Shown: piece by piece, positions 27,229 through 39,642 of the stretch
Numbering within the stretch: the stretch's first letter is position 1
Layout of the letters: every line of letters begins with the position of its first letter
Assembly (NCBI RefSeq): GCF_022045235.1
Contig: NW_027266286.1
Coordinates: 70,990,001-71,054,000 of the forward strand
DNA: 64,000 nucleotides
Direction: 5' to 3'
Source: Haliotis cracherodii
Lineage: Eukaryota
Position numbers and translations under genes: made by a program
Notes under the pieces: generated by a model
Database searches by the model: none
What the model saw: the letters and a program-made list of their open reading frames with translations, nothing else
Told to the model about the DNA's origin: nothing

Positions 27229-27428
27229 GAGCGCCTCCGTGGTCTAGTGGTATAGCATCCGGCTGAGCGCGAAAGGTCCGGGTTTCGATCCCCGACCGTG
27301 TCATACCAAAAGACGTTAAAAGACGGTAAGTGTTGTCACCCTGTCTGGCGATAGGCATTAAGTTGCTAAAACAGCTCGTCGGCTCGGAGTCAGTATATTG
27401 TTATACTCATGTTAAACAAACAGCGCCC

Positions 27429-27459
<31 letters not shown>

Positions 27460-27518
27460 ACACACACACGTCGCTATATAAGTTCAATCATCTTGTACGC
27501 GATTATTTCACCTCACCC
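27229..27518 (+). mobile_element. SINE family 3
   Basis: A box TGGTCTAGTGG, B box, TCATACCAAAAGACGTTAAAA motif. Other copies at 19650-19990(-), 37350-37518(+), 43995-44296(+), 51958-52340(+), 53030-53315(-) and 63143-63520(+). Confidence 0.8.
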
Positions 27519-30119
27519 CTTATCGAACTCATCGCAATGTTTACACACTCGTTTCTCTCTTGATCTGTTGAAATTATGGAAAATGTTAATAGTTTTAGAA
27601 TTGTGATATAGACATTTCTGAGCAACACTGCAGAACATTATGAATATGCTGACTGCGCACATATGTCATTAACGCTACACCACATTAGCCATTGCAACTC
27701 TTGTCGGGATGGGCATCGCAGATTACCTAACACCTAAACCCTCTGTCTGAATAACACAATAGACTCGGTAACAATAAACACAGCCTTTGTCAACACTGCT
27801 CTGATATACAACAGTACATGGCGTGGTTGTGTAAACCAACCTTTGGAGACAGTTGATAGCGGATTTTATGCTCTGTCCGGTCCATAAATATCTTGAAATT
27901 TCCACTTAAGTGTGTATACAATGTGAAGTCACTTTATATGCCCTTGACAAGTCCTAACAAACCAGTCGGTCCTCCCTCGACACGTCTACACCGTTGGACA
28001 CGATGACAAAGAAACAGCCAGGTGTTACAATGTAACAACTCGATCCTCATTTCAGTCAGTTCTTACCACCAACAGAGGTTCTGAGTAACTGAGTGTTTGT
28101 CAATTAAAATTGTTTGGGAATCTTTGTAAATTTGAATTTGAAGCTCGGAAATGTTCTATTCACTGCATATGAACACCTTTCCATTTGTGATAGTCATCGA
28201 TACTTTCGTTGCATGAATTTTATGACCAGAGAGAAAGAGAGCAAGAAAGAAGAGTATTTGTTTGTTTGTTGTTTAACGCCACACTCAACAATAATCCAGC
28301 TATATGACGGTGGTATGTTTATAATCGTGTCTGGACCAGACAATCCAGCTATTGATGCCATGAGCATCGCTCAACGCAATTGGGATACGATGACATGCAT
28401 CAACCAAGTCAGCGAGCCTGAACACCCGATCCCGTTAGTCGTCTTTTACGACAAGCATAGTCACCCTTTACGACAAGCATGTTGGGTTGCTGAAGACCTA
28501 TTCTAACCCGGATCGATTAGGAAAGGAGCTTATATGTAGCTCATCATGTCCAGCTTCTACCTCCATCCTCATTTGTAACTTCCACTGATTCAAGTCCATA
28601 ACAGACAATACAGGTAAATCAATAATTAATGTACCATCATGTAAATTTGAATAATGTTGATTTCATTAATGTGTCAGTAAGTGTAATCTTAAACACAATT
28701 ACATGTAGATATAATACCCCATAAGTATTAATGTATCAGTTATTACAAAGAAATACTGGAATAGCCCTAGCTACCACTTTGGTGAAACCAACGAACAAGT
28801 GCATGGCGCAGGCAACCCAGAAACTTTATCGGGGCGAACCGGGATTCGAACCTACAAGCATAGGTTACTGGCGTGCCCAAGGGACGCAACTCTGCAAAGC
28901 GATTTGTATCGCCTAAGACGACTGAACCAAAGGCCCCCACTAGCTGTTGATTATGTACCCGCAATCACATTATCCCGTCACAACCACACCGTTTTGCGTC
29001 AGATGTTGTGGCCGTAGCTCTATTTCACGTAATATCCTTTTAAGCTTCAGATCAACGTTTATCGTTCTCTGATCTTAATGCAGCAGTAAATCAGCTGTAC
29101 GACCGCTATGATGTTCTCTATGACGCTGTATGGGATTAATATCCGGAGGTTTGTCGTCCGCGTCCGCCACCCCACGTTATGAATACAGAGAAGGGTTAGT
29201 TACCTGGATATGGGGTGATCAATAATCGGTAAATCAGCAAATATTGATTTCATACACAAACATATCAGCTGTAACGTAACGTTGCTTGTAGGAACCGTCG
29301 ATTACACACCGAGAAAGTGAACCATTGTAAACGCCTGTTGGATTATGAATATATTTCTGTGGCAAAACATGGCTGCCCTAGCGTTACCGTGTTCTAGAAG
29401 AGAACTACGACAAATACTATGTCTTAAAATCATCCGTTTCAATATATTCCCTTTAAGGCTTCAAAATCCGTTGGGGCCTTTATAAAAAATGTTATTCACT
29501 AAATGTTTGTAATGTATAATTTCTTTTGTATTTTAGACGATTTGCACAGTTCGAGATTTACAAAGAGATGATGACGACTTGACTAAAACTTGGAGAAGTG
29601 ATTCTAATATCCTAGTAGACACATATTTGCCGTGTTCTTGGACATAAAATAGTACTTTGTCAGCTCATATATGGTATCGAATCCAAGTGATTTTCTAAAT
29701 TTGTGTCTGAATATTCCACTTGTTCGCATTATTATTTACAGGTTCCGAAATTCGTATTGTGTATCCTATGACGACATAAAGTGTAGACACTAGAAGTTAC
29801 ACATAGTCGAGCATCTGTCGAGAAACCCGAATTCGAGACATCGGTATGCAACTGATACATTATTAAGTTAGGGACAATAACGAAGGCCTCCTAAACCTGC
29901 CTTCTAAATACTGTATGTATATATGTCCAGAACATAAGATCGAGAAAACGCAATTACAAATATATTTCTACATTTTCGAATTCCAAATGTAGAAGAAAAG
30001 GACGTGAAAAAAATAGAAAGCATATAGATGATATAGGAATAAATATTCATTTTAATATATCTAACCCTCCACTATATAACCATAATGTCTTATTGTACAA
30101 AACACTCCGATATTAGTCA

Positions 30120-30750
30120 CCCTCGTTTCATATACATGTATAACCTTAGTGTGGTTGGACTCCGAAATAGCAGATCTCCCTCGTTTCATATAAAACCTTA
30201 GTGTGGATGGACTCCGAAACAGCAGATCTCCCTCGTTTCATATATAACCTTAGTGTGGATGGACTCCGAAATAGCAGATCTCCCTCGTTTCATATATAAC
30301 ATTGGTGTGGTTGGACTCCGAAATAGCAGATCTCCCACGTTTCATATATAACATTTGTGTGGTTAGACTCCGAAATAGCAGATCTCCCTCATTTCATATA
30401 TAACATTAGTGTGGTTGGAATCCGAAATAGCAGATCTCCCTCGTTTCATATATAACATTAGTGTGGTTGGACTCCGAAATAGCAGATCTCCCTCATTTCA
30501 TATATAACATTAGTGTGGCTGGACTCCGAAATAGCAGATCTCCCTCATTTCATATATAACATTAGTGTGGCTGGACTCCGAAATAGCAGATCTCCCTCAT
30601 TTCATATATAACATTAGTGTGGTTGGACTCCGAAACAGCAGATCTCCCTCGTTCGTTTCATATATAACGTTAATGTGGTTGGACTCCGAAATACCATTTC
30701 TCCCTCGTTTCATATATAACCTTAATGTGGTTGGACTCCGTTTCATACAC
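30120..30750. repeat. 52-bp tandem repeat (~12 copies)
   Basis: Unit ATATAACATTAGTGTGGTTGGACTCCGAAATAGCAGATCTCCCTCGTTTCAT. Confidence 0.95.
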
Positions 30751-31896
30751 GTCCTTAATGTAAACCGGAGAAATTTTAAAAAATTGCGTTGTTTTTAATT
30801 TCGATTATATTTCTCAACCATAAAGCAATAACTATGTTATGACCTGATAGTGCTATATATGAAGGGGATACCTAACTTTAGCTGCCCCGTGCGTTATTCA
30901 CAGCGACCTGTCTAGAACGCTGTCATTATGCAGAGACATGTGTCTTTGGCGTTGATAGAGATCGGGATAAGGTACATGGTTCATTTGACACGTTACCCGC
31001 TCATAGTTAAGATTATATAGGTATTTATAGTTATGCCATGTTTTATACACAACGAAACCCCATACCCCTGACATATGTAATGTATTTTTTAAATCTCAAC
31101 CGCTTGCAGCGATGTGTGTATTGTCATAAAACGTGACACACTGTGTTTGGTCGTATATACATCTGTGTTAAGAATGTGATCATTAATGCTAAATATGTAA
31201 TTAACTGATTAGGCCATACATATAAAACGTAATGCTGAGCCTAATACTCAATCGCCAAGTGATTGCTCATGGCGCTAGACTTAGAGCACCAGGCTTTACT
31301 ACCCCAGATAACGGATCCGTACGCATTCCGATTGCATTCTCAGCTCCATGGGGAGTATACAATCCAAGCTGGGTGTTGGAAAGTTTTTGCATTCAAAATA
31401 CCGATACCACTAGTTTCCGATTTAAAATCCACCTAAATTATAATGACATTATCATGACATTATCATGACATTTGTCCTTTCCTTGTTTGCAATGTTTTTG
31501 AAAATCTTATATTTGGTTAACACACATAATTGTTTACATTATTAATATTATTGACTTATACACACTGAAGTATTTGAAACAAACATAGAGCGTTATACGA
31601 ACATATAGGATGAAGAGTTATACTTACAGCGTGATGGACATGACATCCTGAATCTTAACATCAGCATTCTATCCTGATCAGACCCTCTCACGCACCTGTA
31701 TATTACCTGAACACAACATTGTAACTCCCGGGTGTATTTGATCAACACAACATTAGGAAACCGAGGTGTATTAACTAAACACGTTATAACAGAGGACTAA
31801 GTGACGATACCATCGCCGAACATATATCTACCTCTCGTATCAGAGAAGACCCATGATAACATCGGTTGAAGACTCGTGTCAGGTTTGTCTACTTAC

Positions 31897-31998
31897 AGGT
31901 GCACTTCGACTCACAACTCCCATGAACCTCCTGGGGGTTATCGATCCCGTCCGGATATTGATTCCACGGCCGTTGATCTCTAATAGTCTCGTATCCAT
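31897..31998 (-). CDS. Candidate first coding exon (MDTRLLEINGRGINIRTGSITPRRFMGVVSRSAP), possibly of the 387-aa gene
   Basis: ACAATGG start context, 102 nt open, CCT|GTAAGT donor; phase 0, compatible with the acceptor at 19585. Confidence 0.3.
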
Positions 31999-32523
31999 TG
32001 TCAATCAGTTGATCAACTCCAAGATCACTGGGCGGGGGAAAATCAATTCACAAACGAACAAAACGGTTTCTATACAAACTCATTCCAGTCACGCTTGTGG
32101 AGACATTACGTTAGAAAGAAACCACAAACTAGGCTAGTAATGAACTTGTCCCGTCAACAGAAATATCACACTAACATCGAACCGGTGAACAATGGGTAGA
32201 CCGAGTGAGATATTTGTACCAGCTTGTGACGAAAACGGGATTTACATGCACTAGACTGGCATTCTTTAACTGGGTGTAAAGTTCCCTGCTAAAACCTAAT
32301 CACGCCGCCACGCCTCACCCCATGCTGCTCATTGTAATACGCATTAGATCAAGGCAGATTTTGTTCGCTCAGGGGCAGGTAGCTAATGCGGGTATTTTAA
32401 GGTATATACTCCAACCTTGAGCTTATGCGCTTGTGGAATGGGAGTTAGGGCCTCCTAATACCCCGTTGTATAATCATACAGGGTGCTTCTCCTCTTTGGT
32501 AATGAGTTTGGTGATTGTAATTG

Positions 32524-32677
32524 NNNNNNNNNNNNNNNNNNNNNNNNNNNNNNNNNNNNNNNNNNNNNNNNNNNNNNNNNNNNNNNNNNNNNNNNNNNNN
32601 NNNNNNNNNNNNNNNNNNNNNNNNNNNNNNNNNNNNNNNNNNNNNNNNNNNNNNNNNNNNNNNNNNNNNNNNNNNNN
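32524..32677. other. Assembly gap (N)
   Basis: 154 N. Confidence 1.
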
Positions 32678-32721
32678 GCGTCAAATGCCACTCAAATAAA
32701 TGCTGATGACGGATGGTACTA

Positions 32722-32860
32722 CATAACTATTACCCGGGGCGATGGATCAGTGTGCGCTCAATTTTCATTCTCAGCTTCCTGGGGAGTATACAATCCAATA
32801 TGTCTGTGGGGAAGATAGTCCCATTACCATCACATCCTTCTGCTGACTGGTATCAAATAT
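32722..32860 (-). mobile_element. Old CORE-like SINE fragment (family 5)
   Basis: Motif GTATACTCCCCAGG.AGCTGAGAAT recurs at ~10665-10715, ~31330-31375, ~47915-47970 and ~59510-59570. Confidence 0.5.
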
Positions 32861-33269
32861 ACTTTATTTATAAACTGTTTTCTCAAATATAGTATGTCTT
32901 GATGTTTTGATTCAGCATTCTATTTCTGTCCTCTGTTTTGGTATAAACGTTTTCCGAATTGCATAAAGATGTGTTTATACATCTTAAGGATTGATTTTGG
33001 CAGCTAATTATTGAAATTGACATTTTTTTAATTTGTGAGTGAGTACGTGCTTGCGTCAGTGAGTGAGTGGGTGAGTGGGTGAGTTGGTGAGTGAGTGAGT
33101 CAGTCAGTCAGTAATAATAATTGTGTGTCTCACTCACCAAAATAACAACATTCATCACCACCATCGAGCTTAAGTTTACTTTATTTTCATGATAGTTCAA
33201 TACAGAGCCCTATAATTTGAGATTTTACATGATAAAAAAAATCAATCGGTCTGATTTCTCATTTATAAT

Positions 33270-34634
33270 CTAACAGTAGTTATCCTTGAGGAGGAACAGC
33301 CTGACATAGGCATTCTGGTCGACAGGACTGGCGGAACATGCCGAATTGCCACCGAAGAAAGACGAAAATATGATGCCGTCGATTTGAACATCAGCAGCAT
33401 TCCTCATAGTGACCCCAGTGACGTCAAACAGCTTACCGAGGCCGTTCGCCGAGAGCCTGATGTAGCCGTCAGCCTGCCCGGGGGTGTTCAGTCGGACGGT
33501 CATCAACAAGGTGTACCACGTATTGTAGTCGAAATAGAAGCTGTTTCCACCAGTCTTGTGTCCCCAGTCTTGATTACAATCGACATCAGGTGAGCTACAG
33601 AATCCTCCCTGCTGGGTGACATCAGGGGCAAAGAGACTGATCCCTCCCATGCCCGCTGTTCTCCAGATGAGGCGGGAGGTGAAGCAGTCCTTGCCGGGGT
33701 CACCCCCAGCCGTACAGTTGACCCCACCCCCGTACAGACCCGGCAACTTTCCACCGTAGGCGAAGTCGAACCCTGTTGGAAACAGGACCTTGTATTGGAG
33801 GGTGACGCATTCCCTGGGTGCCACTGGGCTGGCGTAGAACTGTAGGCCGCTGTTCGGACCTGTCATGGCGTATGAACCTTGGGAGAAGGAGATGTCGTAA
33901 ACTTTGTTGTTGCTGCCATCGGGGTTGGGAGATACGGAAACTGATTCGCCCCCGATGTAAGTGTCTTGGTGTATATTCCATCCGTTTCGCCACATGTTGT
34001 CAATCAGTGGGTTTCCTGAGCTCCAGAACTTTACTGCAGCTGAGGATGTATAAAGTTTCGTTTGTTTTATGTATTAATCCATTAATGTTGTTTGAGAACA
34101 TGACAACGCTAAATTATTTTGGTCAATATTTCAAGATGCAGTTGGCCGAGAAACCAGATATTGTCAGGGATGATTTGAGGTTTTTGTTCCAAACGAACTC
34201 ATGAAATCAAACTTTTAAAAAGTATCACTTTAAAAAATACTTTGTAGCAAAATCATTCTAAAAATCAAAATAATTGTCTGGCTCAAATAAAAGTATTGTG
34301 AAGTAGGTAGAATCGAACAAATTGACTGTATTGACTAGGGTTGTAATCTGTTCTGACCGCATTTCATTTATGTATTTTCTCTACTGAATGAGTGAGTTCA
34401 TGTTTTTGCCCCTATTAGAAATTTTACAGAAATATCATTGTCGTTTGCACCAGAAAATGGCTTCACACATTGTACCCATGTGGGGAATAGAACCCGAGCC
34501 TTCAGTGTGACGAGCGGACGCTTTCATCGCTAGGCCACCGCACCGCCCCCGTGTGATGCGTGATGAGGTCACTGACCTGTGGTTGAGATACAGCACCCCA
34601 GCAGCTGAAGCGTCAGCGTCAGCATCATCGTCAT
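33270..34634 (-). CDS. PL14-like secreted protein A1 (275 aa); coding exons 34634-34577 and 34039-33270; non-coding exon 1 ~36797-36767
   Basis: Exon 3 has the PL14 motifs FDFxxGGKLPGLYGG, CFTSRLIWR, VRLNTPGQADG and IDGIIFSSFFGG. The 58-nt exon 2 (MTMMLTLTLQLLGCCISTT, signal-peptide-like) joins in frame (phase 1) via CAG|GTCAGT and CCTCAG|, giving AAVKFWSSGNPLIDNMWRNG. AATAAA lies ~85 nt after the stop. Confidence 0.92.
34389..34550 (-). mobile_element. SINE family 1 in A1 intron 2 (orthologous copy at 42095-42245 in A2)
   Basis: Same position in both paralogues, so it predates the A1/A2 duplication. Confidence 0.8.
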
Positions 34635-35185
34635 GGTATCTTGACAAGAGAAAAAGGGTTTTCATTCATGAGATCATCATTCAACACACAGAGGCAACGA
34701 TAGGACGTTGCACACTCAGTGTATATACATTGGGAACCTTGTCGTCATAGGCGACTAAATGGATCGGGTGGTTAGGCTCGGTAACTTCGATGATGCATGT
34801 CATCCAATCCCATAGATCAATGTTCAGTCACTGGATTGCCTGGTCCACACTAGATAATTTGTTGACCACCGCCATATAATGGAATATTGCTGAGAGCGGT
34901 GTCAAACAACAAACAAACACCGTCACAAATCATGCCGTTTTGAACAACGATTCGGTTATACCGCGATATGTCAGCTTAAATAGAAAATAGGATCTTACCA
35001 ATTACAATACCACCAACGATCTAAATATAAGTACTCGTATCTGTTGGCAAATGTCTCAGGAAGTGAATCATGTTTCATTTGTCGTTTGATTGCAACTGTG
35101 CTTCTCGAATAAACCATAGTGACATCTATAACAACAATTAAAGGCGGATTCTGCCCGGGCAAAGTGTCTCTCTATTTCTACCTGG

Positions 35186-35188
<3 letters not shown>

Positions 35189-35240
<52 letters not shown>
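35189..35240. repeat. (TAA)n microsatellite
   Basis: Direct reading; abuts the R4/Dong-like element. Confidence 0.95.
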
Positions 35241-35244
<4 letters not shown>

Positions 35245-36586
35245 GCAAAATAAAGTAATACTTATGCTGTACCCGTCCTGTCATATTATTCTTTTGGTAT
35301 TGTTGATTGGACGAAATAAGAAATTCAGAGTATTGACACCTTCACAATCATATCAGACAATAGATCCCACCACCCTCCCTCTTCCCTCAATCGCATATAT
35401 TTACCAATCATTATGGGGGGACGTGATTTGATTAACGTTGGGGCTCTTCATGATAGAATTGTTTTGTGCACCTTTGCATACATTTTTTTGTCTGATGATC
35501 CTCTTGTGAAGCACGTCAAGACTCATGATGAAAACAAGGCATTCCACAGTTTTCTGAAACGAGCCAGGGATGTGGGACATAATCTCAATGTCGGTGTTGA
35601 TTTTGTTGACGGTTCTGTACTGCTGGACGGTACAGAATTGAGTGTCAAACAAGCGAAGTGCCATATTAAGTCGCCCAGGAGAGGCTATCTGAACGACCAC
35701 TGCATCGAGTTTATGTGCAGTGTGTTGAGAAGATCAACATTCCTGCAGAGTCCTTTGCTTGGATGAAGTCGTCTGGCCTCAAAAGTGAAACAGAAGGCTT
35801 TCCGTTTGCTGCTCAGGACCAGTCACTTCCAACTCGAAACCGTCAATGTGTGATTTTGCATCAAAATGTAAATAGGACATGTAGATTATGTAATGAATTC
35901 AATGAGACTGTCCAACACATTGTCAGTGGATGCCCAGCTTTGGCACAAACACAGTATCTTAAGCGACGTGATGGTGAAGCTCGATCATTTTATTACCGTC
36001 TTCGCCATGCCTGTGGTTTTGACACGGAGGTCCACCCATGGTTCGACCCGGAATATGTAGAGGCCGTCATGGAAAATGATAAATACAAAATTCTTTGGAA
36101 TAGGCCCATTTAAGCCTCAGATGTAGCCAGGCCAACAAACCTGATCTTGTCCTTTTTGATAAATCCAATAAAATCATTTATATCATTGAATTTTCTGTCC
36201 CCTTTGACACCAATGTGATTGACAAGATTGAGGAAAAACATGGCAAATATGCAGACCTCGCTTTCGAAATGTCACGCTTGCATCCCAAGTACCAAGTTGT
36301 CCGACTCCCCATTGTTCTCGGTGCCTTATGTTTGGTACCTCCCAATCTGTTGACTGACCTTGGGAGAGTACCTGGGTTTGCTACCAGGAATACAGCCCTT
36401 CTGACAATCTGGATAATGCAGAAGGCTGCAGTGTTGGGAGTTTTCATATTCTCCGAAACGTTCTGGGTGGGTTTGACAAGGCAGCGCTTCCTGTGAGAAG
36501 TCCCATTCGCTGTCTGGGCTGCGTGTAGAGGAGGCAAGGGCCCTGAGCTGATGATGAGCCTAACCTGACCTTAATAATAATAATAA
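35241..36586 (+). mobile_element. 5'-truncated, degenerate R4/Dong-like non-LTR retrotransposon (RT C-terminus, CCHC knuckle, restriction-like endonuclease) in intron 1 of A1
   Basis: TYAVPVLS..FGIVDW; ETEGF.FAAQDQSLPTRN; CRLCNEFNETVQHIVSGC; KPDLVL..IIEFSVPFD..KYADLAFE; contains frameshifts; flanked by (TAA)n on both sides. Confidence 0.88.
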
Positions 36587-36766
36587 TCTATCATAGACAT
36601 TTGTTTACGCATCACTATGAAATAGTGATAATACCAGGTGTTCACGAAAACATGAGCGTATCATGCCTGACCAGTGGGACCCGTCACAAACACATGCAAA
36701 GGCTAAACTAAACTGTCATGTTAACAAGCAATTCCTCACAGGAATAGTGATATTCACACAACCTAC

Positions 36767-36846
36767 CTTGTTTCTGTTGTCAGCGAGGGAGAAGAGTGAC
36801 AACACCAGACTACTGATGGTATAAATATACACAACCCATATTATCT
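36767..36846 (-). promoter_or_regulatory. A1 core promoter (AGATAA, TATA-like, TCACTC Inr) plus 31-nt exon 1
   Basis: AGATAA 36846-36841, TATATTTATA ~36829-36820, Inr A at 36797, AAG|GTAGGT donor. Same spacing in the four paralogues. Confidence 0.6.
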
Positions 36847-37639
36847 GTAGATCAAATTACCTGACTTTAACATAGAAAGGAAGGAAATGATTTCTGTTGT
36901 AGCCTAAAGGCGTGCATATTGTGACACCAAGTAATGGAGGGACAGTTGTTGCGCGTGTCGCTTGACAAAAGCATCACACTCCAGAACTGCGGTACACATG
37001 ACCTTGGATATATACATCTAGTCATCAAAGCCAGGTCGCGTGTCTTCATATGCCTTTAGGAACATAAAGTTTATGCCTCTTTAACCGCACCTGAACTGAC
37101 CAATGGTATCTTGAAATCTTTCAATATTCCACTGCCACTGTTGTTTTATAGCGTAGATATTATGGCTTTGACCTCCACGTGTCTCTGTTTGTCTAATTAT
37201 ACTGCCTCAACCAATTCAGATGATGCTTCAGCGTTGATGAAGCTGCAAGTCTGTGCATTATATTCCAGCAATACTGTCTCTAAACGTTGCTCGACGAAAT
37301 CAAAAGGCTCCATGAAGACTGCCTAATGGGCCATTTACACCCATCCGTATTTTCTTACCCGTATCTGTCTGACGCTCGGTATTAAGGGGCTGAAACAAGG
37401 ACTGGTCGGCTCGGAGTCACTATACTGTGTCTGAGTGGGGTATTCATGTTAAGCTACGGCACGGTATCTCAGTTGGCTAGCACTATAAATCGGCATCAGT
37501 CCGGACTAGTACAAGCACGAAGATGCTGAAGATGAGTAAATATCACTCGATAAAACTAAAAATAACTAAAGAATGTACAAAGAATATACAAGACATGTTT
37601 AGGAACGTGTTTCAACCAACCAACCAACCAACCAACCAG

Positions 37640-37669
<30 letters not shown>

Positions 37670-37671
<2 letters not shown>

Positions 37672-38105
37672 GAGAAGGCCAAAGGCCTACAGTACATGAA
37701 TACAAAGAAGTGGAGGGTACATTTATACAATAGAATATACATCAATGGCCATGATAACTGTTATATTGCCTCAAGTCGTGGAGTTAATGCATGCTTTCTG
37801 AGAAAATGAACATTGATATGAATATCTTCGCGATATATTTTGTCTGCATTTGTAAGTAAAGATTATAAAAGCGAGGATCCTTGAAAAAATGATCATTAAT
37901 GAATAAGTAAATATTGATATTTTTATCTTCTATATTATTACAATTACACAGTTGACATATTCTGTCGTCTCTTTGAATGCTGCAGTGCCTACCTGATTTA
38001 TTAAGGAGGCCATGAGAGCTGCATCTAAATCGGGCTAACGCCACTCGGAACTTCTTTAAATCTATTTCAAACAAATAGTGCTCTCTATTGAAGTTTCTTT
38101 TGATA
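37670..38105 (-). mobile_element. 3' fragment of a CR1/L2-like LINE
   Basis: EHYL....RVALARFRCSSHGL...GR....RICQLCNCNNIED matches the C-terminal LINE ORF2 motif; followed by a (TTGA)n/(TTGG)n tail at 37670-37612. Confidence 0.7.
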
Positions 38106-39396
38106 TCAATTTGCCAATCAATAGCGTGTGTGTCCACCTCTGGTTGCGATGCAAGCAACACATCTTCGTCTCATGGAATGGACCAGGCGTCGCACAAAGT
38201 CCTGTGGGATATCTGTACATATTTGCTGGAGCATGTTTCGAAGTCCCCGGAGTGTCTGTTGAACACGTGGTTGACGTCGAAGGCGCCGATCCATCTCATG
38301 CCACATGTGCTCGATTGGTGAGAGATCAGGGGAGCGAGCCGGCCAGGGGATGACATTCACGTTGTTTTGTTGAAGAGAATCCTGAACAAGTCGAGCAATA
38401 TGAGGCCGGGCGTTGTCATGTTGAAAGGTAATGCCTGGGCCATGACGACGCAAAAACGGTAGAACAAGAGGGCCGATAATCTCGTCGCGTTAGCGCTGTC
38501 CATTGAGATTTCCCTCTACCACTATCAAACAGGCCCTCTGTCTTGCTGTAATCCCACCCCATACCATAACGCTGCCGACCCCGAACCGATCTTCTTCCAT
38601 GGCACAAAGATTGACGTAGCGTTCACCTCGACGTCGGTACACTCGAATCCGTCCATCGCTGTGGCTGAGGTGAAAACGAGACTCGTCAGTGAATAGAACT
38701 GTCTGCACCACTGAAGACGTGCTTGACGGTGGTTTCCTGTCAAAATGGGACGTCTGGAGGGTCTTCTGGCGACAATCCCTGCACATCTGAGGCGGCGACG
38801 TACGGTTTGTGAAGATATTCGTCGAAGACCAGGGATGCTTCTTTGCAGTCACTGTTGCTGGCTGGAATCGATTTCGTAGGTGTGTTGTTCGAATCCAGTT
38901 GTCTTGTCGATTATTGGTTACGCGTGGCCTGCCACTCCGAGGATGGTCTCTGACTGCATTCGTCTGTTGCCAACGTTGCCATAACCACCAAATAGTGTTT
39001 CTGTGGACGTTAAATTGTCTTGCAACATCACGTTGACTCGATCCTGCTTCAAGCATACCAATGGCGCGCACACGCTCATTTCCGGACAGGCGTGGCATTT
39101 CGTAATGTTGAATAATTGCGTAATTTTGTTGTTTTTCTGAGTGGTTGTTGTCTGCACGATGCTGAACAATGCATATGGAATCCCGTAAACGCACATGTTT
39201 TTATACCGATTCTTGGTTAGTGAAATGCATGGGGCTTGCATAAAAGTCAACTTTTGCATGGAATGCATGCTTTTCTGTAGCGGTTGCGTTTTTGTGACTT
39301 GATTCCATACATGTACTACAACATTGAAAACCAAACTTTATTTGTTTGAAAAATACACTAAAATATTGGTGTCACGGGAACTTTTGTTGTTGAGTA
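38106..39396 (-). mobile_element. Degenerate Tc1/mariner transposon (one TIR retained)
   Basis: MPRLS..RAIGML HTH; RSGRPRVT; VLFTDESRF; VMVWGGI; FQHDNARPH; WPARSPDLSPIEHMW; GGHTRY; frameshifted. Right end TACTCAACAACAAAAG plus TA at 39396. Confidence 0.93.
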
Positions 39397-39642
39397 TATA
39401 TTGAAATTATATGTGCAAATCAGATTGACAGGTACTTGCATAACACATATACCACAGCACTAACAACGAACTTTGTACAATATTAACATAAACATGTACA
39501 TATTTACCAAGCTGATGGTGACAAGAACAATTCACGGAAGTAACTACGGATAAGTGGTAACGTAAGTACAGATACGTGTCATTGATACGGGCATGAAGAC
39601 GACATAACGGACAGGTGTGATCCTGGCTTAAGATTGTTCGTG

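Noticed and set aside
30120-30750. CRISPR-like regular array (also 15700-16097)
   Set aside because: Head-to-tail repeats with no unique spacers, no cas genes and a eukaryotic context.
36767-36839. Coding first exon starting ATGGGTTGT
   Set aside because: Stop after 9 codons in A1 and frame not conserved in A2. The ATG lies upstream of the inferred TATA/Inr.
37524-37556. Possible minimal hammerhead ribozyme (CTGAAGATGAGT...ACTCGATAAAAC); similar at ~13408-13433
   Set aside because: The GAAA core or the CUGANGA box is broken, and I could not identify stems I and III.
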